64,000 nt of DNA. It comes from Clostridia bacterium (GTDB taxonomy: Bacteria; Bacillota; Clostridia; UMGS1883). The notes beneath the pieces were generated by a model. That model was not told the origin of the DNA. It made no database searches and saw nothing but the letters and a program-made list of their open reading frames with translations. The position numbers and the translations under genes are program-made. The stretch covers positions 55,079 through 119,078 of the forward strand of contig JAZQCM010000001.1 in assembly GCA_045546275.1 (NCBI GenBank), read 5' to 3'. Shown piece after piece: positions 53,274 to 60,901 of the stretch (within the stretch, counting starts at the first letter, position 1; every line of letters begins with the position of its first letter).

Positions 53274-53993
53274 TTATTCCTCGCTTACGCTATTAATTTT
53301 TTCATAGTCTTCAATATTTCGGTAGTATTCCACTATGCCATCGCAAATGGCAACTGCAAGACGGGTGCGGTAGGTGTCGTCAAGCAGTAATTTTTCCTCT
53401 TCGGGGTTTGACAAAAACCCGCACTCCACAATTACAGCAGGGATTGTGGAGTTTTTCATTAAATATAATGAGCTTTCCGATTCTTTAATGCCCCGTGTTT
53501 GATTTATGGGGTCAATTTTATGAATTTCGTCCATAATAAGCTGTGCCAAAAGAGTTGATTGAATAAATTTCGGCGAATACAAAATTTCTGCACCACGGTA
53601 TTTGGATTGATGAAACTTGTTTATATGTATGCTTACAAACATGTCGGCAGGCTCGTTTTTCATGATTTCAAGGCGCATATTCATGTCGGTTTTCTTTTTC
53701 TTATCAAGACCGTTTTCGTCATTTCTGGTCATTATCACTTTAAAGCCTCGCTCTTCTAACTCCTGTGAAAGCTTTTTTGCAATTTCTAAATTCAATGTAC
53801 TTTCTATTGTTCCTTTTTTACTTACCGCGCCACCATCGGGTGTGCCGTGCCCAGGGTCAATAATTACACATTTTAAATTTTCGTGATTAAAGCTCATAAC
53901 TGTAATGCCTTGGTCTGCAAGATGCATTACAATAAGTATTAAAATTAAGGCAAAGCCTAAAACAATAATGCCTCTTCTAATTACCAAAATCAA
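53274..53993 (-). CDS. cwlD: N-acetylmuramoyl-L-alanine amidase (Amidase_3), germination-specific CwlD-like
   Basis: VIIDPGHGTPDGGAVS, LNLEIAKKL, ADMFVSIHINKF and a downstream Glu region. About 240 aa with an N-terminal TM, matching CwlD architecture. Confidence 0.75.
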   Translation of the reverse strand: MILVIRRGIIVLGFALILILIVMHLADQGITVMSFNHENLKCVIIDPGHGTPDGGAVSKKGTIESTLNLEIAKKLSQELEERGFKVIMTRNDENGLDKKKKTDMNMRLEIMKNEPADMFVSIHINKFHQSKYRGAEILYSPKFIQSTLLAQLIMDEIHKIDPINQTRGIKESESSLYLMKNSTIPAVIVECGFLSNPEEEKLLLDDTYRTRLAVAICDGIVEYYRNIEDYEKINSVSEE

Positions 53994-54125
53994 AAAAATT
54001 CACCTCGTTTATATACTTTATGAAGCCCTTTTATAAAAAATGACTTAACACTCTTTGTAATATGATAGAAAAATCTGCATATAATTAAATAAAGCCATGC
54101 TTTGTACATAAAGGAGTGTTTTAAT

Positions 54126-54725
54126 ATGGAGAATAATTTTATATGCCTTAAAGGCACTGTTTTGGGTGATGTGGAATACAGCCACAGCGTTCAGGATGAA
54201 GAATTTTATAAGTTTATGTTGAATGTTGCCCGACTTTCGGGAGCTATAGATTCACTTCCGATTACTGTGTCCAAAAAGCTGTTGGACGAAAATGAAATTA
54301 AAAGCGGCAACAATATTACCGTAACAGGACAAATACGAAGCTACAATAAATACATGGAAAACAGAACAAGGCTTATTCTGACCGCTTTTGCAAAGTCGAT
54401 TGAAGAGGATATGGAGGAGGATAACCCCAATAACGTTGTTTTAAACGGCTATGTTTGCAAAACTCCCACCTACAGAAAAACCCCCTTCGGAAGAGAAATA
54501 ACCGATGTGATTATTGCGGTGAACAGAGCCTTTAACCGTTCTGACTACATTCCCTCAATCTGTTGGGGAAAAAACGCTGTTTTGTGTCGTGATTTAGCCG
54601 TTGGGACAAATGTTTTAATTAAAGGAAGGCTACAGTCACGTGAATACACAAAACGTGACGGAGATGAATACACCATAAGAACAGCATATGAGGTTTCGGT
54701 TGGAGAAATTGAAGAAATTTCGTAA
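54126..54725 (+). CDS. SSB-like protein with two tandem OB folds in one polypeptide
   Basis: The C-terminal OB reads LNGYVCKTPTYRKTPFGREITDVIIAVNRAF...SICWGKNAVLCRDLAVGTNVLIKGRLQSREYTKRDGDEYTIRTAYEV. It aligns to the SSB core (GRLT.DPELRYT..G..VA.F.LAVNR...DFI.CV.WGK.AE....L.KGS.V.V.GRLQ.R.YE...G..R..TEV). The N-terminal half has a second, more diverged OB pattern (LKGTVLGDVEYSHSV...ITVTGQIRSY). An AAAGGAG RBS precedes the ATG at 54126. Confidence 0.55.
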   Translation: MENNFICLKGTVLGDVEYSHSVQDEEFYKFMLNVARLSGAIDSLPITVSKKLLDENEIKSGNNITVTGQIRSYNKYMENRTRLILTAFAKSIEEDMEEDNPNNVVLNGYVCKTPTYRKTPFGREITDVIIAVNRAFNRSDYIPSICWGKNAVLCRDLAVGTNVLIKGRLQSREYTKRDGDEYTIRTAYEVSVGEIEEIS

Positions 54726-54789
54726 TTTAGGTTGCATGAAAGAAAAAAATATAGTATAATCACTTGTGAAAAACTAAGTGAGGTGTGCT

Positions 54790-55206
54790 ATGCGAATTAT
54801 AGGACTTGACTACGGCGAAGCGAGAATAGGTGTTGCAATAAGCGATATTTTAGAAACTATTGCAAACCCCATGGATACCATTTCCGAAAAGGATCGTGAA
54901 AAACAGCTTGAAAAGGTTTTGGCGGTAATTGAAAAGGAACGGGTTGAAAAAATTGTTGTTGGTCTTCCTATGAGGATGGACGGCACCTTGGGACACAGAG
55001 CGGAATACACTAAAGAATTTGCCGAGGAATTGGCAGCAAGGTGCAGTCTGCCTCTTGTTATGTGGGATGAAAGATTATCCTCGTCCGAGGCTCACAGGCT
55101 TCTTGAACAAGGCGGTGTGGGCGGCAAAAAACGAAAGACAAAGGTTGATAAGATTGCAGCAGTTTTAATACTGCAAACCTATCTTGACAGCCAAGTTAAA
55201 ATATGA
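54790..55206 (+). CDS. ruvX: Putative pre-16S rRNA nuclease / Holliday junction resolvase-like protein YqgF (RuvX)
   Basis: MRIIGLDYGEARIGVAISD...VEKIVVGLPMRMDGT matches YqgF/RuvX. A GAGGTG RBS is present. Confidence 0.9.
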   Translation: MRIIGLDYGEARIGVAISDILETIANPMDTISEKDREKQLEKVLAVIEKERVEKIVVGLPMRMDGTLGHRAEYTKEFAEELAARCSLPLVMWDERLSSSEAHRLLEQGGVGGKKRKTKVDKIAAVLILQTYLDSQVKI

Positions 55207-55220
55207 AAGGATGTATAACA

Positions 55221-55478
55221 ATGGAAAACAACAAGGATGAAATTCTCGACACTATGGAAGATTTTGACGTGCTTGATGAAATTGACTACGAGGGTGCAAC
55301 TTATTTTGCTATGACACCTATCGAAGGTAAGGACGCAGAAGGCGAAGTTTTCATTATGAAGCTCGTTGACATTGATGGTGCTGAAATGCTTGAAAGTGTA
55401 GAAGATGATGAATTGTTCGACACAATTTACAACATTTTTAAAGAGAATAACGCTGACGAATTTGACTTTTTAGATTAA
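55221..55478 (+). CDS. DUF1292 family protein (YrzB-like; conserved partner downstream of ruvX in Firmicutes)
   Basis: An acidic 85-aa protein with DEIDYEGATYFAMTPIEG....EVFIMKLVD. It shows conserved synteny with ruvX. Confidence 0.75.
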   Translation: MENNKDEILDTMEDFDVLDEIDYEGATYFAMTPIEGKDAEGEVFIMKLVDIDGAEMLESVEDDELFDTIYNIFKENNADEFDFLD

Positions 55479-55489
55479 TTTTCTTAAAG

Positions 55490-55716
55490 GAATATGCAAA
55501 GATAAATCGCTCTGCGGTGTGCGAAAATTCAGGGCACTATTTGAACCAACACACTTTTAAAGGGAGAATGAGCTCGGGTCGCTGCGTGTAAGCTTTCCCT
55601 TGGGCAACCGACGAAGAAAGAAACCCATAACCGATCCGGAATTCACCCACCTGCTTTGCAGGTTTCAAATAAGCTCGATTTACGGCATTGCGGGGCATTT
55701 TATTAAGGAGGAGTAA
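55490..55716 (+). ncRNA. Candidate structured RNA / cis-regulatory leader (unclassified), GC-rich relative to its surroundings
   Basis: A 240-nt gap with no ORF and locally high GC. Stem-loops include aagggaga..[agct-cgggtcgctgcgtgta-agct]..tttccctt (55559-55601), acctgc-ttt-gcaggt (55649-55663) and a G-rich tract cattgcggggcatttt just before the RBS of the 55719 gene. Confidence 0.3.
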
Positions 55717-55718
55717 TC

Positions 55719-56138
55719 ATGAGTAAGATTATTTGCAATAAATGCGGTGAAAAAATAAAAATCAAGTCTGTTTTTTTAGAAACAGCAGGTTGTGAAAACT
55801 GCGGTAACCGCATTGATTTTTCAACTCTTGATGCTCTTAGCGGTGTGAGACAAGCTCTTTTATTGGGAGTTTCGGTTTTTCTTGGAATCTGTGCATTTAT
55901 TTTTATGGTAATCAATGATGTTTCCTTCAGTCAGTTGCCACAGGTTTTTGCTTCTTTGAGTGCAGGTGCGGCAGGCATGCTGTTATTGTTCCTCATGGTG
56001 GTAATCATTATTGTAGGTATGCTTGAAAAAAGCATTGGTTGCCGTGTATATGAACAGTGGAGAAGAAGAGAAGAAGAGCTTGAACAAATTGCCGAACAAA
56101 AGCGCCGTGAGGATGCTTTAAAAGAAGCTGAAGAATAA
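55719..56138 (+). CDS. Zinc-ribbon (CxxC...CxxC) membrane protein with a C-terminal charged coiled region; function unknown
   Basis: Motifs CNKCGEKI...CENCGNRI, two predicted TM helices, and a C-terminal EQWRRREEELEQIAEQKRREDALKEAEE. An AGGAGG RBS is present. Confidence 0.5.
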   Translation: MSKIICNKCGEKIKIKSVFLETAGCENCGNRIDFSTLDALSGVRQALLLGVSVFLGICAFIFMVINDVSFSQLPQVFASLSAGAAGMLLLFLMVVIIIVGMLEKSIGCRVYEQWRRREEELEQIAEQKRREDALKEAEE

Positions 56139-56181
56139 TTACATAAAAATTAAAGCGAGGGATTTCCCTCGCTTTTTCCAT

Positions 56182-56955
56182 TTAAATATTAAATTCAGTT
56201 CCTGTTGAAATGTATTGTAGCTTATCCTTCATTATTTGCTTTAATATGTTAAACTGTTCAATTCCTGTGCAATGGCAGGTGTAGTAGTGAGTGTTGTGCT
56301 TTAAAAGAGTGTTTGCTGCATTGTTAAGCTTATTAATTCCATGCTCATTTGTTTCAATCTTCATAAAATGGAAGCCGCCGATAAGTACATCAGGCTCAAA
56401 AAAATCCGCAATGTTCAAAATGCCCTTATGAGAACAACCGCTGATAAGAATTCTTTTGCCGTTTTCAACAATTTCTAAATATTGTTCATGGCGAAAATCA
56501 TCGGGAGCATTGTTTTCAAGCTTAAGTCCGTAATGCTCCACAGAATATGGGGTAGGGAGCAGACCTCCGGGATAGATAGTAAGATTGTGTGTTTTTAAAG
56601 GTGACTTAACTTCAACAAATTTGTCTGTTTTAATGCTTTCCGTAAGACCAATAAAGCCGTTTGAGGAATAGTGTGCTTCAAATGCATAGGGACTGATATA
56701 AATAGGTGCTTTCGGATTAATTGCAGTGAATTTTTCGAGTCCGCCGCCATGGTCGTAATGACCGTGAGAGAGAATGGCAATATCAACCATTGAAAGGTCA
56801 ATGTTCAGCTTTTCAGCGTTTTTCACAAAAACATCGCTCTGACCTGTGTCGAAGAGAATTTTGTGGTTTTCACTTTCAATGTAAAGGCTGAGTCCGTGCT
56901 CTGCCTGAAATTTTTCGGATAATGTTGTGTTTTCGGATAAAACAACGATTTTCAT
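56182..56955 (-). CDS. MBL-fold metallo-hydrolase
   Basis: The metallo-beta-lactamase motif is ILSHGHYDHGGG. The start MKIVVLSENT has an AAGGAG RBS at 7 nt. The upstream ORF-track extension is rejected. Confidence 0.75.
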   Translation of the reverse strand: MKIVVLSENTTLSEKFQAEHGLSLYIESENHKILFDTGQSDVFVKNAEKLNIDLSMVDIAILSHGHYDHGGGLEKFTAINPKAPIYISPYAFEAHYSSNGFIGLTESIKTDKFVEVKSPLKTHNLTIYPGGLLPTPYSVEHYGLKLENNAPDDFRHEQYLEIVENGKRILISGCSHKGILNIADFFEPDVLIGGFHFMKIETNEHGINKLNNAANTLLKHNTHYYTCHCTGIEQFNILKQIMKDKLQYISTGTEFNI

Positions 56956-56961
56956 AAAATG

Positions 56962-56996
56962 CTCCTTAAAAAGGGATTGCAAATGCAATCCCTTAA
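56962..56996 (-). terminator. Terminator after the mreB-like gene (aagggattgc / gcaatccctt)
   Basis: A 10-bp perfect stem. On the minus strand it is followed by a U-rich tract. Confidence 0.7.
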
Positions 56997-56998
56997 AA

Positions 56999-57985
56999 TT
57001 ATTGTAATAAGTGTAGCTTTGAAAGGAACTTGCCTGTGCCACGTGCCACGGAAGAAATCGGGTCTTCGGGAATGTTGACTTTAATGCCTGTTTGCGACGA
57101 TATAAGCTTGTCAAAGCCGTAGAGCAGACTGCCGCCACCGGTTAAAGTAATCCCAAAGTCGGAAATATCGCCTGAAAGCTCAGGTGGTGTTTGCTCAAGA
57201 ACGTCTTTAACTGCTTCAACAATGGCGTTTACAGGCTCCTGTAAAGCCTCCATTATTTCTTCGGAGGTTATTACCATGCTCTGAGGAAGACCCGAAACAA
57301 GGCTTCTGCCTTTAATTTCGGTGTTGAGCGAGGTGGGGCGGTTGAACACACAGCCGATTTCTTTTTTGACATATTCAGCTGTTTTTTCGCCAATTATAAT
57401 TGCAAACTTTTTACGAACATATTTAATAATAGCATCGTCAAAACGGTCGCCTGCAATTTTTAAGGATGCAGATGAAACCATTCCGTTCATTGAAATTACT
57501 GCAATATCAGTAACACCGCCGCCAATGTCAATGACCATTCTGCCTGCAGGGCGGGAAATGTCAATGCCTTCACCGATTGCTGCGGCAATCGGCGCTGAAA
57601 CAACATGAACTTTGCCTGCACCGCTTTTAATGAGCGCTTCCTGCACGGCACGCTTTTCAACTTCTGTAGCGCCACCAGGAACGGAAACAACAACCTTTGG
57701 TTTGAAAATGTTTTTTGAACATATTTTTTTGATGAAGACCGAAAGCATTTCTTCAGTTGCCTTATAATCGGAAATTACGCCGTCGCGGATAGGTCGCACA
57801 GCAACAATGCCCACGGGAGTTCTGCCAAGCATGGTTTCAGATTGGAGACCTACTGCCTGAATTTTTTTGCTCGCACGATAAATAGTAACAATGGAAGGCT
57901 CCTTAAGAGCAATACCTTTCTTTGTGGCAATAAGCACATTGGAAGTGCCTAAATCAATGCCGATTTCATGAACAAAATTAAACAT
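56999..57985 (-). CDS. mreB: Rod shape-determining protein MreB/Mbl (actin-like ATPase)
   Basis: GIDLGTSNVLIA, VVSVPGGATEVEKRAV, VIDIGGGVTDIAVIS and ITLTGGGSLL are the MreB phosphate/adenosine motifs. Confidence 0.9.
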   Translation of the reverse strand: MFNFVHEIGIDLGTSNVLIATKKGIALKEPSIVTIYRASKKIQAVGLQSETMLGRTPVGIVAVRPIRDGVISDYKATEEMLSVFIKKICSKNIFKPKVVVSVPGGATEVEKRAVQEALIKSGAGKVHVVSAPIAAAIGEGIDISRPAGRMVIDIGGGVTDIAVISMNGMVSSASLKIAGDRFDDAIIKYVRKKFAIIIGEKTAEYVKKEIGCVFNRPTSLNTEIKGRSLVSGLPQSMVITSEEIMEALQEPVNAIVEAVKDVLEQTPPELSGDISDFGITLTGGGSLLYGFDKLISSQTGIKVNIPEDPISSVARGTGKFLSKLHLLQ

Positions 57986-58085
57986 ATGTTTTCACCGACC
58001 TATGAGAATTTACAATCATTATTATAGTTATAATACCAAATTTTGCCCGATAAATCAATGGCTTTTTTATATTTACTTAAAGCTA

Positions 58086-58114
58086 TTGACAAAAAGGTGT
58101 GATTAGTGTAGTAT
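58086..58114 (+). promoter_or_regulatory. Candidate promoter TTGACA-17-TAGTAT (TGn) for the corC-like gene
   Basis: ttgaca at 58086-58091, a 17-nt spacer, then gtgtagtat. Confidence 0.45.
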
Positions 58115-58151
58115 ATATTTGATTTTTTATGTAAAGGATTTGATATTTTTT

Positions 58152-59429
58152 ATGGACAGTAGCACCGGCAGTCTATGGGTAATACTTGTTATTCTCATTA
58201 TTTTATCTGCTTACTTTTCAGCAAGCGAAACGGCATTTACATCGTACAACCGTGCGAGGATGAAAATGTTTGCACAAAATGGCGACAAGAAAGCCGCTCT
58301 TGCTCTTAAAATGAGCGAGGATTTTGACAAAATTTTGTCAACTCTTCTCATTGGCAACAATATTGTTAATATTACAGCAACAACAATTTCAACAATTTTG
58401 TTTGCAAAAATTATTTCGGACCCTGAGATAGCACCAACGGCATCAACTGTTTTTATGACAATTACAGTACTTATATTCGGTGAAATAACTCCGAAAAGCT
58501 TGGCAAAGCAGGCGCCTGAAGGTTTTGCAATGTTCGCGGCACCTCTTTTAAATGCTTTGAACATTATACTTACCCCGTTAAGCTTTGTTTTTTTACAGTG
58601 GCAAAAATTTGTGTCAAAGGTGTTCAATGTTGGCGGTGATGATGTTATTACTGAAGACGAGCTTTTGACAATTGTTGACGAAGCGCAACAGGATGGTGGC
58701 ATAGGAAGCCAGGAAAGCGAGCTTATCAAAAGCGCAATTGAGTTTAATGACATTGACGTAACAGATGTGTTAACTCCTCGTGTTGATGTTGTTGCAATTG
58801 ATGTTGATTGGGATAAGGATAAGATTGATGAAGTGTTTGAGGAATGCGGTTTTTCCCGTCTTCCCGTGTACCAGGATACAATCGACAATATTATCGGTGT
58901 TTTAAATCACCGTGACTTTATAAACGAATCTAAAAACGAAATTTTCAGAATTGAAAACGCTATTAAGCCTGTTAAGTTCATTTTCTCCACAATGAAAATT
59001 TCCAAGCTCTTACGTCAGCTCCAAAAAACACAGTCACATCTTGTTGTGGTAAGTGATGAGTATGGCGGAACTGAGGGTATTGTAACATTGGAGGATATAA
59101 TTGAGGCTTTGGTAGGCGAAATCTGGGATGAATATGACAGCGTGTCAAATGATGAGTTTGAAAAAATTTCGGACAATGTTTACAAGGTTAACGGTTCAGC
59201 GTCCTTGGAGGATATGTTTGAATTTTTCGAAATCAGATTTGACGAAGAGGAAAATGACGATATTAATACAGTAGGCGGTTTTGTAACTGCTCAGCTTGAA
59301 AAAATCCCTGATGTAGGTGACAGCTTTGATTATGAGCATTTGAAGTTCACCGTTACATCAACGGATTCTTTAAGAGTACTTAGTGTTCTGGTAAAGGTTG
59401 GCGAAAAACCACAGGACGCAGACGAATAG
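58152..59429 (+). CDS. corC: HlyC/CorC family transporter (CNNM: DUF21 TM domain, CBS pair and CorC_HlyC domain)
   Basis: The DUF21 N-terminus is LWVILVILIILSAYFSASETAFTS. CBS domains are followed by a C-terminal CorC_HlyC segment (GGFVTAQLEKIPDVGDSFDY). Confidence 0.85.
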   Translation: MDSSTGSLWVILVILIILSAYFSASETAFTSYNRARMKMFAQNGDKKAALALKMSEDFDKILSTLLIGNNIVNITATTISTILFAKIISDPEIAPTASTVFMTITVLIFGEITPKSLAKQAPEGFAMFAAPLLNALNIILTPLSFVFLQWQKFVSKVFNVGGDDVITEDELLTIVDEAQQDGGIGSQESELIKSAIEFNDIDVTDVLTPRVDVVAIDVDWDKDKIDEVFEECGFSRLPVYQDTIDNIIGVLNHRDFINESKNEIFRIENAIKPVKFIFSTMKISKLLRQLQKTQSHLVVVSDEYGGTEGIVTLEDIIEALVGEIWDEYDSVSNDEFEKISDNVYKVNGSASLEDMFEFFEIRFDEEENDDINTVGGFVTAQLEKIPDVGDSFDYEHLKFTVTSTDSLRVLSVLVKVGEKPQDADE

Positions 59430-59433
59430 TTTT

Positions 59434-59466
59434 AAAGAAGATGATTTCGATCATCTTCTTTTTGTA
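59434..59466 (+). terminator. Rho-independent terminator (aagaagatgat / atcatcttctt)
   Basis: An 11-bp perfect stem with loop ttcg, followed by tttgtat. Confidence 0.75.
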
Positions 59467-59498
59467 TAAAAAAAATTTAAAAGTTGCATAATTTACTA

Positions 59499-59527
59499 TT
59501 GAAAATGAAAAGAAATAATGTTATAAT
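59499..59527 (+). promoter_or_regulatory. Consensus sigma-A promoter TTGAAA-17-TATAAT
   Basis: ttgaaa at 59499-59504, a 17-nt spacer, tataat at 59522-59527. It sits upstream of the CofE-like gene. Confidence 0.55.
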
Positions 59528-59577
59528 TCTTCTGTTAGATTAACAAAGGCAAATTTTTTTAGATGGAAGGGATTAAA

Positions 59578-60777
59578 GTGGCAAACAAGGAAAGAAAAGT
59601 AGGAACAATATCAAGAGGTATTCGTTGCCCAATCATTCGTGAAGGTGATGATCTTGCTGCTATCGTGGCAAACAGTGTTCTTGAAGCTGCTGAATTTGAA
59701 GGTTTTGAACTTCGTGATAAAGATGTTATTTCAATAACTGAGTCTATTGTTGCAAGAGCGCAGGGGAATTACGCATCTGTTGAAGCTATTGCCTCTGACG
59801 TTAAAGCAAAGCTTGGCGGAGAAACAATTGGCGTTATTTTCCCGATTCTTTCTCGTAATAGATTTGCGATTTGCCTTAAAGGCATTGCAATGGCTGCAAA
59901 GAAAATCGTGCTTATGCTTAGCTATCCTTCCGACGAAGTAGGTAACGAGCTTATTAATATGGATAAGATCGATGAAGCAGGTATTAATCCTTATTCTGAT
60001 GTTCTTTCTCTTGAGAAATACCGTGAATTATTCGGAGAAAATAAGCACGAATTCACAGGTGTTGATTATGTTGAATACTACGGAAATCTTATAAAAGAAT
60101 GTGGCGCTGAGGTTGAAATTGTGTTTGCAAATCAGGCGAAGACAATTCTTAACTATACAGATTGCGTTTTAAACTGCGACATCCATACTCGTGCAAGAAC
60201 AAAGAGAATTCTTAAAAATGCAGGTGCAAAGGTTGTTTGCAGTCTTGACGATATTTTAAATGCACCCGTAAATGGTTCCGGTTGCAATGAAATGTATGGC
60301 CTTTTAGGCTCCAACAAGTCCACAGAAGACAAAATCAAGCTTTTCCCCAGAGAATGCAAGGGTCTTGTTCTTGATATTCAGAAGAAAATACTTGACGCTA
60401 CAGGAAAGCACGTTGAAGTTATGGTTTATGGTGATGGTGCATTCAAGGATCCACAGGGTAAAATCTGGGAACTTGCAGATCCGGTTGTATCTCCTGCATT
60501 TACTGATGGTCTTATTGGTACGCCCAATGAACTTAAGTTGAAGTATCTTGCAGATAACGATTTTGCAGATCTTTCCGGCGAAGCTTTAAAGGAAGCTATT
60601 TCCAAGAGCATTAAGGAAAAGGATGGCAACCTTGTTGGTAACATGGCATCGCAAGGTACAACCCCAAGACAGCTTACTGATCTTATCGGTTCTCTTTGCG
60701 ACCTTACAAGCGGTTCCGGTGACAAGGGCACACCTGTTGTTCTTGTTCAGGGTTATTTTGACAATTATACAAACTAA
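59578..60777 (+). CDS. Coenzyme F420-0:L-glutamate ligase (CofE)-like family protein (PF01996-like) of unknown role in this non-methanogen
   Basis: The C-terminal block MASQGTTPRQLTDLIGSLCDLTSGSGDKGTPVVLVQGY resembles the CofE GTP/metal-binding region. The GTG at 59578 follows GGAAGGGA. About 400 aa. Confidence 0.55.
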   Translation: MANKERKVGTISRGIRCPIIREGDDLAAIVANSVLEAAEFEGFELRDKDVISITESIVARAQGNYASVEAIASDVKAKLGGETIGVIFPILSRNRFAICLKGIAMAAKKIVLMLSYPSDEVGNELINMDKIDEAGINPYSDVLSLEKYRELFGENKHEFTGVDYVEYYGNLIKECGAEVEIVFANQAKTILNYTDCVLNCDIHTRARTKRILKNAGAKVVCSLDDILNAPVNGSGCNEMYGLLGSNKSTEDKIKLFPRECKGLVLDIQKKILDATGKHVEVMVYGDGAFKDPQGKIWELADPVVSPAFTDGLIGTPNELKLKYLADNDFADLSGEALKEAISKSIKEKDGNLVGNMASQGTTPRQLTDLIGSLCDLTSGSGDKGTPVVLVQGYFDNYTN

Positions 60778-60783
60778 TCATAA

Positions 60784-60810
60784 AAAAGCGACTTTGAGTC
60801 GCTTTTTTTG
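60784..60810 (+). terminator. Rho-independent terminator (aaaagcgact / agtcgctttt, then T-run)
   Basis: A 10-bp stem is followed by ttttttg. Confidence 0.75.
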
Positions 60811-60901
60811 TGTTATTATTCAAAAAATATTTGTTGCTTTTTTTTGTGGTTTATATTAAAATGTATAAGATAGATTAATTAATCTGAAAGGAACGATTTC
60901 A

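Noticed and set aside
55490-55716. Specific riboswitch class assignment (c-di-GMP-I, c-di-AMP, SAM, T-box) for the GC-rich leader
   Set aside because: None of the class-defining conserved nucleotides could be matched by eye. For example, there is no GEMM GNRA/receptor pair, no ydaO ACGGGG/CCGAA blocks and no T-box specifier/T-box sequence. It is left unclassified rather than named.
58211-58888. 225-aa minus-strand ORF inside corC
   Set aside because: It is antisense to the CNNM/CorC gene, which has clear DUF21/CBS/CorC domains. The translation is low-complexity Ser/Thr-rich.
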